Below, piece by piece: positions 1 through 10,175 of a stretch of DNA of 18,159 nt; positions within the stretch are counted from its first letter, which is position 1, and the number at the start of each line of letters is the position of its first letter. The DNA is taken from positions 1 to 18,159 of the forward strand of contig JBMYOQ010000080.1 of the NCBI GenBank assembly GCA_049599475.1, written 5' to 3'. The position numbers were made by a program, and so were the translations under genes. This DNA is from Opitutales bacterium (lineage in GTDB: Bacteria > Verrucomicrobiota > Verrucomicrobiia > Opitutales > JABSRG01). Under the pieces are notes generated by a model. It did no database searches. It was not told the origin of the DNA and saw nothing but the letters and a program-made list of their open reading frames with translations.

Positions 1-51
1 GGTGCACTTTGACCCGCAAACGAGTGGTGCACTTTAACCCGCAAAATGACA
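1..51. mobile_element. Terminal end of an IS21-family-like insertion sequence (rest of the element outside the window)
   Basis: Two 20-bp direct repeats, GGTGCACTTTGACCCGCAAA (1-20) and GGTGCACTTTAACCCGCAAA (26-45), with one mismatch, followed by ATGACA ending at 51. Tandem subterminal repeats plus a ...TGACA-3' end are typical of IS21 ends. No transposase is visible. Confidence 0.75.
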
Positions 52-101
52 CGATCTCGCTTGATTGTTTCAGATAATTTCAGATCCATGGCCGTACACT
101 C

Positions 102-136
102 AAAAAGAGGCACCCGATTGGGATGCCTCTTTTTTT
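102..136. terminator. Intrinsic, probably bidirectional, terminator downstream of the DoxX gene
   Basis: AAAAAGAGGCACCC-GATT-GGGATGCCTCTTTTTTT: GC stem with one bulge, A-run and T-run on either side, 20 bp past the DoxX stop. Confidence 0.85.
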
Positions 137-156
137 AGTTTGAGTTGTGGTTAAGT

Positions 157-684
157 TTATTTTTGGAGGGATGTTGCGATCGCCTTGTCTGCGGAGAATT
201 TTCCGCCGCCTCCAATTATGAGGGCGATGGCTGTTCCTATGAAGAGGAGGGAGAACTGGATGCCTTCGCCGGCTTGGTTGCCGAACCAATTCATGAAGAA
301 GCCGTTGGGCAGTTGTACCATGAACATGGCTACGGCCATGACGACGGCTAGGGAAAGAGCGGCGACGCGGGTGCCGAGTCCGAGGACGAGTAGGATGGGG
401 GCGAAGAATTCTACCAGAATGGCTCCCAGGGCAAATGGGGTAGGGATGCCCATCTGTTGGGTGAAGAAGCCCATGGTGCCTTCGAATCCGTAGCCCCCAT
501 ACCAGCCGAGGAGCTTTTGCGCTCCATGTGGCCACATTGCCACTGCGAGTGAAATACGCAGGAAGATGCTCGGTGTGCTCGCGTCGGTCGCGAGGGCTTT
601 GATGAGGAGGCTTTTGATGCCTGATGCGCTCTGTTCGGGCGCGACGTTGGTTTCGATTGCGATGTCTGTGTTTGCTGTATTCAT
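157..684 (-). CDS. DoxX family membrane protein
   Basis: 175 aa with four hydrophobic segments and the motifs LRISLAVAMWPHGAQKL, EFFAPILLVLGLGTR and GGGKFSAD typical of DoxX. Confidence 0.92.
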   Translation of the reverse strand: MNTANTDIAIETNVAPEQSASGIKSLLIKALATDASTPSIFLRISLAVAMWPHGAQKLLGWYGGYGFEGTMGFFTQQMGIPTPFALGAILVEFFAPILLVLGLGTRVAALSLAVVMAVAMFMVQLPNGFFMNWFGNQAGEGIQFSLLFIGTAIALIIGGGGKFSADKAIATSLQK

Positions 685-740
685 AATATACTTACTTTTG
701 AGTGTTTTGATTAAAGATGGATTTCTGTTCAGTATTGGAA

Positions 741-1787
741 TTAAGCGCTTTTCTTGAGCGTTTGTTTTTCCGCGAGGATTTCTTTTACCCGAGGAATGAC
801 TTGAGTGCCGTATAGCTCGATGGACTGCATTAGGTGCTCGTGTGGCATCGGCCCTGTTGCGTATTTGAGGTCGAAGCGGTCGGCTCCCACGGCCTCGATG
901 GCGTAGGCGATCTTTTGCGCGACCGTTTCGGGCGAGCCTACGTAGAGGGAGCCGTGTTTTACCTCGGCTACAAAATGCTCCATGCTCATGGGCCCCCAGC
1001 CGCGTTCTCTGCCGATGCGGCCGAAGGCTTTGGCGTAGTGTGGCCAGAGTTCTTCAGCAGCTTGTTCGTCGGTAGCGGCAATGTGTCCGGGAGAATGGAT
1101 GCCGATGGATTGCATCGCGTGTCCATTCGCTTCGAGGGCCTGCTTATACACTTGTGACATGCCGGCGAAGCGAATCGGGTCTCCTCCGATAATGGCGAAG
1201 GCGATGGCGAGGCCTTGCTCTGCGGTGCGGTATACGGATTGCGGGCTTCCGCCCACGCCCCGGCGCATCGGGATTTTGCCTTTTTCTGTCTTTGGGTAGA
1301 CCTCGAGGCCGTCGAGCGATCCGCGTGTCGTGCCAGACCACGTTACTTCGTTTTCTTCGAGGAGTTTGAGCAGCAGATCAAATTTCTCTTCGAACAAGAT
1401 TTCGTAGTCCTTGAGCTCATACCCAAAGAGAGGGAATGATTCGGTGAATGAGCCGCGCCCGACTGTTATCTCAGCTCGTCCGTTGGACAGGGCGTCGAGG
1501 GTCGAGAAGCGCTGGAATACGCGCACTGGATCTTCGCTGGATAGCACGGTGACCGCGGTGCCTAGCTGGATGTCTTTTGTGACTCCGGCGATGCCCGCAA
1601 GAACCATGTCTGGAGCTGAGACGGCGTAGTCGTCACGGTGATGTTCACCGACATTAAAGTGGTCGATACCGAGCTGGTCTGCAAGTTGCGCTTGAGCGCT
1701 CACATCCCGAATTACTTGGGCGGCCGACTTGGCGTGGCCGTCGGTGGTGACTGTCATGTCTCCAAATGTATCTAGTCCAAATTTCAT
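741..1787 (-). CDS. LLM class flavin-dependent oxidoreductase (luciferase-like monooxygenase, Atu2307/SP_0267-like)
   Basis: 348 aa with GEHHR, LGTAVTVLSSEDPVRVFQRFSTLDALSNGRAE, GRGSFTESFPLFG and VGSPETVA. An AGAAAGGAAA SD-like sequence lies upstream on the minus strand. Confidence 0.93.
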   Translation of the reverse strand: MKFGLDTFGDMTVTTDGHAKSAAQVIRDVSAQAQLADQLGIDHFNVGEHHRDDYAVSAPDMVLAGIAGVTKDIQLGTAVTVLSSEDPVRVFQRFSTLDALSNGRAEITVGRGSFTESFPLFGYELKDYEILFEEKFDLLLKLLEENEVTWSGTTRGSLDGLEVYPKTEKGKIPMRRGVGGSPQSVYRTAEQGLAIAFAIIGGDPIRFAGMSQVYKQALEANGHAMQSIGIHSPGHIAATDEQAAEELWPHYAKAFGRIGRERGWGPMSMEHFVAEVKHGSLYVGSPETVAQKIAYAIEAVGADRFDLKYATGPMPHEHLMQSIELYGTQVIPRVKEILAEKQTLKKSA

Positions 1788-1858
1788 GTGTTTCCTTTCT
1801 TTTCACATATAATACGGGAACCCTCCGAATTCCGCTAATTCGCCTTTACATGTGTGGT

Positions 1859-1875
1859 TATACGTAAACTGTATA
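1859..1875. promoter_or_regulatory. LysR recognition site TATAC-N7-GTATA
   Basis: Perfect interrupted palindrome TATAC-GTAAACT-GTATA between the divergent LLM and LysR genes. It matches the T-N11-A rule and the ATAC-N7-GTAT consensus of BenM/CatM. Confidence 0.75.
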
Positions 1876-1884
1876 CCCCTGCGT

Positions 1885-2760
1885 ATGATTGATCGCATCC
1901 AGACATTCCTTGTTGTCATCGAAGAGGGTAGCCTCAATCGGGCAGCACTGCGCTTGGGGGTGACGCAGCCCACCTTGACCCGGCAATTGCAATCTCTGGA
2001 AGCTGAGCTGGGCGGAAGTCTAGTCGAGCGGGGCAACTGGGGAGTGCGTCCGACGAACCTGGGCTACTTGCTTCGGGATAAAATGGAGCCCATTGTCGAT
2101 GATTTCGAAGCCGCATGGAAGGAACTCCAGGCAGCTGGACGTGGACAGACTCAACGCTTGCGGGTAGGATACTTGGGCTTGTCGGCTGCCCGCTACCTCA
2201 ATCCCGCTTTGTCGGCCCTGCGCGAAGCCTTTCCCGATTTGAAACTCGAACTCCTGGACCTGACACCGGTCGAGCAAATCGAAGCTTTAGAGAGTGGCCG
2301 CTTGGATGTCGCCATGGTCGGACAAGAGGCCAAGACCATTTGTGATCAGTATCATACCATCTCATTTGCTAGGCTCTCGCTAAATGCAGCGGTTCCTCTG
2401 GGGCATCGGCTTGCCAGCAAAACCGAAGCACGGCTAATTGAGTTGAAAGGAGAACGTTTTGTATCGGCTCCCGATGAGCATGTGCCGGGACGTAATGCGT
2501 GGATTTCAAAGCTCTGTGCGAAGGCGGGTTTTAAAGCGCAATTCACTAGTGCGGCTACGAGCTTGGGAGAATCCTTTTCTTACGCGCTCAGCGAGGGTGC
2601 GATCTGTCTATTCCCGGATTACATCGAAGGCTCTCCGCCGCCTGGTTTGGTCTTTGTGAAGATCACAGATCCCGATGTGCGCTGGGAATACCTCGCTATG
2701 CGACCTGCTGGTAAAGGTTCGAAGCCTACGCTGAAGCTCTTTGAATTGCTAAAGTCGTAG
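1885..2760 (+). CDS. LysR family transcriptional regulator (aromatics-like BenM/CatM/HcaR substrate-binding domain)
   Basis: HTH FLVVIEEGSLNRAALRLGVTQPTLTRQLQSLEAELGGSL, then LRVGY and EQIEALESGRLDVA. Start placed at ATG 1885 rather than the ORF-track 1852, since LysR HTHs begin at the extreme N-terminus. Confidence 0.93.
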   Translation: MIDRIQTFLVVIEEGSLNRAALRLGVTQPTLTRQLQSLEAELGGSLVERGNWGVRPTNLGYLLRDKMEPIVDDFEAAWKELQAAGRGQTQRLRVGYLGLSAARYLNPALSALREAFPDLKLELLDLTPVEQIEALESGRLDVAMVGQEAKTICDQYHTISFARLSLNAAVPLGHRLASKTEARLIELKGERFVSAPDEHVPGRNAWISKLCAKAGFKAQFTSAATSLGESFSYALSEGAICLFPDYIEGSPPPGLVFVKITDPDVRWEYLAMRPAGKGSKPTLKLFELLKS

Positions 2761-2899
2761 AGCCGGTATTCTGGGAATGTCGCTACGTTTTGGGTGATGT
2801 TATCGGGGAGTCGATCTCTTATTGGGTCTTTCTCATGGCCTCGAGTTGATAGGGGCGGCGAGGGGCGGAATATTGGGTAGTAGCTGGGCGAAAACGCTG

Positions 2900-2971
2900 C
2901 CTACCGTCGCTCGGAGATCGGCCGCTACCATTGCTTGGAGATCGAGGGCTATCCTTACTTGGAGATTGGTG
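2900..2971. repeat. Three degenerate 24-bp tandem repeats
   Basis: CCTACCGTCGCTCGGAGATCGGCC / GCTACCATTGCTTGGAGATCGAGG / GCTATCCTTACTTGGAGATTGGTG, with a shared CTA-N6-CTYGGAGATYG core. Confidence 0.65.
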
Positions 2972-3090
2972 GCTGCCCCTATTATCCTCTTAAGGTTGCG
3001 ATATTTGGTGTCTGGGTGAGCCCGTGCCTCAGTGTTTTTAGGATCGAGAATTCGTATTTTGGGCGGCTGGTTTGTGTGCATATGCCTTAG

Positions 3091-3116
3091 GGGACGCTGA
3101 GATAGCGTCCCTCCCT
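3091..3116. repeat. REP-like palindrome
   Basis: GGGACGCT-GAGAT-AGCGTCCC perfect 8-bp stem followed by TCCCT, which reads as a GGAG foot on the minus strand. Intergenic, no U-tract. Confidence 0.5.
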
Positions 3117-3386
3117 AATCCTGAATCAGTGCCGTTGTTTGAGTGTTTCAGGATATCTAAATGAGGTTTCGTGAGTCGCTGTATATTTTCAGCAAATTTG
3201 TGTATATAATCGGCTTTAATTATTGTGATATTGATGATTTATGTTTCTTAAAGGCGATGGAGGGGGTGTTTGTGTGCAAATAATAATCATAAGCTTGAAG
3301 TTCTTTGCATCGTATTTTTGAATGATTTTACACGAATCAGAGCTTCACGCACTCGATTTGTGTCCATCACCATCACCATAGTTTAA

Positions 3387-6584
<3,198 letters not shown>

Positions 6585-6788
6585 ATACGATAGCGCGTGA
6601 TCGGGGGAGCTGTGATCGATGTCGAAACGGTGGGCAAGGACATATCGCGAGAGCCACAGGCGTGGCGAAATGCCTTGTACTGCCTCTGGGGCTGCCATCC
6701 ATCACATTGATCGAAATCGAGCCCTTCGGCGTGGGGTATCGAGAAAAAAGCTGACAACTGCTGCTGAATATGCCGCTTTCCCTATCCC

Positions 6789-7433
6789 ATGGCTAAGCAA
6801 TTACTGATATTCGACTGTGATTCCACCTTGAGCGAAATCGAAGGGGTGGACGAACTCGCGCGTCTGAAGGGGAGCGCGGTGTTTGAGGCATCGGAGGCCT
6901 TAACGCACCAAGCTATGAACGGTGAGGTCGAGGTAGAGGCCGTATTTGGGAAGCGCCTGGAGTTGATCCAGCCAACACTCGCGGATTGCTCTGTCATTGG
7001 CCAGAAATACATCGAAAAGATCGAGCCGACCGCGGAAGCTACGCTGGCACGTGCTCGTGAATTGGGCTGGACCCCGATCATCCTCTCCGGCGGTTTCGCC
7101 ATCGTTATCGAACCCTTGGCTAAGCTGCTCGGCGTCGAGCGCGTGGAAGCGGTGCCCTTGCAGTTCGATGAGGCGGGCAAATACGCCGGATTCGACTCAG
7201 ATTATCCGACCACGCGGAGCGGCGGAAAGCCCGAGGTCATCGAGCGGCTCAAGGCAGAATTTTCACCGGAAAAAATAGTGATGGTTGGCGATGGGGTCAG
7301 CGATTTGGAAACCGCACCGACGGTGGATCGCTTTATCGGTTTCGGGCGTTATACACCGCGTAAACGCGTGAAGGCAGAAGCTGAATACTTCGTATATGCC
7401 TTAGATGAGGTCATAGGCCTACTCGATTTCTAG
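6789..7433 (+). CDS. HAD-IB family phosphatase, phosphoserine phosphatase (SerB)-like
   Basis: Motif I FDCDSTL, EGVDELA, THQAMNGE, motif II LSGGF, motif III K (SGGKPEVI), motif IV VGDGVSD. Confidence 0.9.
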   Translation: MAKQLLIFDCDSTLSEIEGVDELARLKGSAVFEASEALTHQAMNGEVEVEAVFGKRLELIQPTLADCSVIGQKYIEKIEPTAEATLARARELGWTPIILSGGFAIVIEPLAKLLGVERVEAVPLQFDEAGKYAGFDSDYPTTRSGGKPEVIERLKAEFSPEKIVMVGDGVSDLETAPTVDRFIGFGRYTPRKRVKAEAEYFVYALDEVIGLLDF

Positions 7434-7506
7434 AGCAAGGATCGGCAGGCAGAAAGAAGCGGCGCCTTGGATAAGGGCTGTAGCTTCGCGTGAGCCCGGG
7501 CGTGAA

Positions 7507-8016
7507 TCAATCTTCAGGGAAATCCCGTAATTCACGCTCCTCGGTCTTCTTGGCTATATAGGCTGTGGAGCGGAATATGCACCAGCCAATGAACGAGGAC
7601 GCGACGATGAATATGGTAAATAATTCAAGCCAGCTAACCGAAGAATTTCTCAGCTGATCGCTTCGCATCAAGAGGAAGAACATAGTTAACTGAACCAATG
7701 CGATGGGCAGAAATATATAAAGAGCCTTCTTTTTGCGAGGTGTGGATTCATCGCTGTCAGGCATCTGAGGCACTCCCATGATCGCATTCAGGGCGAGGTA
7801 GAAAAATGTCATGAAAACGGCGATGAGTGTCTGTTGTGTCACCCCAATGCTGTGATATCTGTCGAAGGTGGGTACGCCGAAAAGATCCAGAAGATATTGG
7901 ATAAAGGACAGGGCGATAAATACATGGAATGAGATATACCCAGCTTTATTGCGTATCGCTATTGTACGCTCGTCCATGGTGGAGTTGTCTGAGTTAAAGA
8001 ATGTGAATCTGATCAT
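7507..8016 (-). CDS. Membrane protein with about four TM helices (DUF6773/DUF2178-like), partner of the XRE regulator
   Basis: 169 aa. N-terminal DERxxxIxxKA motif followed by hydrophobic helices. Start is 1 nt after the XRE stop (TAAtATG). Confidence 0.75.
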   Translation of the reverse strand: MIRFTFFNSDNSTMDERTIAIRNKAGYISFHVFIALSFIQYLLDLFGVPTFDRYHSIGVTQQTLIAVFMTFFYLALNAIMGVPQMPDSDESTPRKKKALYIFLPIALVQLTMFFLLMRSDQLRNSSVSWLELFTIFIVASSFIGWCIFRSTAYIAKKTEERELRDFPED

Positions 8017-8017
8017 A

Positions 8018-8227
8018 TTATTTTTGTTGGAGAGTTTCGGGCCAAAATAGATCGTCGAGAGTTTTACCTAAGGTAATAGATATTCGGATACATAGAGAGA
8101 GAGACGGGTTGAATTTACCCGCTTCTATGAGACCGATTGTTTGACGCGTCACTTCGCAGGCCTTCGCCAGCTCTTGCTGATTCATGCCCGCGGAGACCCG
8201 TGCGATTTTCATTTTATGGACAGCCAT
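8018..8227 (-). CDS. Small XRE/Cro-type helix-turn-helix transcriptional regulator
   Basis: 69 aa: KIARVSAGMNQQELAKACEVTRQTIGLIEAGKFNPSLSLCIRISITLGKTLDDLFW, a classic HTH_3 pattern. Confidence 0.93.
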   Translation of the reverse strand: MAVHKMKIARVSAGMNQQELAKACEVTRQTIGLIEAGKFNPSLSLCIRISITLGKTLDDLFWPETLQQK

Positions 8228-8257
8228 TAGACGGTGTGTAATGTTTAATATCCTAAA

Positions 8258-8275
8258 TGGAATATATATATTGCA
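8258..8275. promoter_or_regulatory. Probable operator of the XRE regulator
   Basis: Near-perfect 18-bp palindrome TGGAATATATATATTGCA (one mismatched pair), 30 bp upstream of the XRE start in an AT-rich promoter region. Confidence 0.6.
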
Positions 8276-8681
8276 TTATGTCAAATATAAATGTTTCTCT
8301 GGCGGGAGATAAAGGAGGCTGTTCTATGTTCTGCTATATTGCCGAATCGCGCCCAGATATATTGGCCCAGGAGCGTTGAAGGAAGGGCTGCACACTCTGT
8401 GAGGCGGTCGCAGCGATTAAGCTGAATAGGCGGCTACATCTGGGTGTCGACTATCTCTGAGAGCCCTAGCTTCACCGGAGTTTTTACTAGTGGGCCTGGT
8501 ATGCGGCGATGGAATGCCAGAATTTCGCTCCTAATGCCTGTGTCATACGCTAGTGCAATCTGCGGATGGTGAGCGAGGGCGAGGGGTTCGAAATGGCTGA
8601 CACGGCGTGGGGGCCGAAGCGTTCATCGATCAGATGTTCATATATTTACAGATTTATAGACGTGTAAGGGGTGTCCCTTGG

Positions 8682-8706
8682 TAAAGTTGGCCTCTCGTTT
8701 TCCGAG
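8682..8706 (+). promoter_or_regulatory. Possible sigma-28 (FliA)-like promoter for the kinase pair
   Basis: TAAAG at 8682 and TCCGAG at 8701 match the spacing of TAAA-N15-GCCGATAA, but only CCGA of the -10 element is conserved. Confidence 0.3.
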
Positions 8707-8738
8707 GTTTTAGAGAGGCCTTTTTGTGAGGCTTGCCG

Positions 8739-10175
8739 ATGAGATCCAAAATTCATAGAGGTTCTGCTCAAGGAAAGCCGTATCTGCTTTCGCTTGTTTG
8801 CTTTGTTTGCGTGCTATTGGCGATCCTTGCGATAAATTTGCGTGCTTTGGCGGTCACTGTTCGGGCTGCGAAGGAATACGATGCGTTGGTCCTGGAGTCG
8901 GAGTTGCATGTGAATGCCGGGAGTTCAGCGAGGCGCCTGTATTGGAATTCGAATCTGATCGTTCGAAAAATCAATCGAGGGGCGTTAGAGTTTGATGATT
9001 ACTCCGCTGAGCTGGATGATATGCTGTCCCAAATCGTATCCCGTTTGGAATATTTGAATGCGAGCGATCTGAGCACGCCTACGGAAAAGGCGATCATTGA
9101 GCGACTTTTAGCGGACCGCATTCCTCTATCGGAGGATGCTACCCGAGATCTCCTTTTGGAAAAGACGCAGAGTGATGATCGCACAGACGGAGCATTGTCT
9201 TCGCTTAATCGACCGAGAGTGTTACACGACCTCACGCGATTGCTGAAATCTTATCAGCGATCGGCAGTTCCCTATACGGAGGCTGCCGCGAGAAACCTCG
9301 AGCTAGTCCGATCCTCATCTCTCAAACAATGTATTGGCTCGGCCTTGGTGGGATTGTTGCTCCTGGTTTACTATGTTCGGGAACGCCTAAAAGCGGAGCG
9401 GACTCTTCGAGAAAGTCTAGCTCGATCGGAGTCGGCGAATGCGGAGAAACGGCAATTTTTAGCGAACATGTCTCATGAGACGCGCACTCCCCTAAATGGT
9501 ATTCTGGGGATGGCGCAATTGATTGAAATGGAGGATCTTACGGATGAGTCGCGGGTGCAATTAGAGGGCCTGCAGCGCAGCGGAGAAGCGCTTTTGGGTG
9601 TATTCGCGGATATAATCGATTATACTGATATCGAGTCGCCTGGTTTCGAATTGTCGGTGGATGATATAGACACCAGGCGTTTTTTCTGCGGGTTGGAAGA
9701 TTCTTTGGGCACTCGGGTCAATGAAGCGGGTGGGAGCCTGGATATGGTCCTGGTTGATCGTTTGCCGAAAACCGTCTGCGGCGATGCGGATCGTATGACT
9801 TCAATCCTCAGCCATTTGATCGATCGTGTGGTGGCGTTGGCAGAAAACGGGCAGATTGAGCTCCACGTAGACTGGAACCCTCGCGGTACAGACAGTTCTG
9901 CAAATTTGCTGATGCAGGTGCTATACGTGGGATCGGCTATTCCCGAAGAAACATGGGCTAGGGCGCTCGAGGCTTTTGTTCCCGATGGGGGGTCGGAGCG
10001 CATCGATGAGGCATACGCGGACATTGGTTTGTCGATCAGTAGGTCGCTCGTCCGCCGGATGGACGGGGAGCTGAAGGTATCTGATGATCAGGAGGGGCGT
10101 GCAGCCATCAATCTGTCGATCCCGATGGTCGAGAAATCTATCGTCGAACACAGGGAAGTCGAGGTGAGTGTATGA
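8739..10175 (+). CDS. Membrane sensor histidine kinase A: intact H-box, degenerate HATPase domain
   Basis: Two TM helices around an extracytoplasmic domain. H-box FLANMSHETRTPLNGILG (His codon 9474-9476). N, G1 and G2 boxes degenerate (HLIDRVVAL, VLYVGSAIP, YADIGL). GAGG lies 7 nt before ATG 8739. Confidence 0.88.
   Translation: MRSKIHRGSAQGKPYLLSLVCFVCVLLAILAINLRALAVTVRAAKEYDALVLESELHVNAGSSARRLYWNSNLIVRKINRGALEFDDYSAELDDMLSQIVSRLEYLNASDLSTPTEKAIIERLLADRIPLSEDATRDLLLEKTQSDDRTDGALSSLNRPRVLHDLTRLLKSYQRSAVPYTEAAARNLELVRSSSLKQCIGSALVGLLLLVYYVRERLKAERTLRESLARSESANAEKRQFLANMSHETRTPLNGILGMAQLIEMEDLTDESRVQLEGLQRSGEALLGVFADIIDYTDIESPGFELSVDDIDTRRFFCGLEDSLGTRVNEAGGSLDMVLVDRLPKTVCGDADRMTSILSHLIDRVVALAENGQIELHVDWNPRGTDSSANLLMQVLYVGSAIPEETWARALEAFVPDGGSERIDEAYADIGLSISRSLVRRMDGELKVSDDQEGRAAINLSIPMVEKSIVEHREVEVSV

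Noticed and set aside
1..45. Two 20-bp direct repeats as a CRISPR array
   Set aside because: The spacer is only 5 bp, there are only two units, no cas genes are present, and an IS end fits better.
80..535. 151-aa minus-strand ORF and other alternative-frame ORFs over DoxX/LLM/LysR
   Set aside because: Arg/Pro/His-rich shadow frames overlapping well-supported genes.
2900..2971. 24-bp repeats as a CRISPR array
   Set aside because: Units are contiguous and degenerate, with no spacers.
3364..3380. CCATCA short tandem repeat upstream of GH2
   Set aside because: Under three units; too short to interpret.
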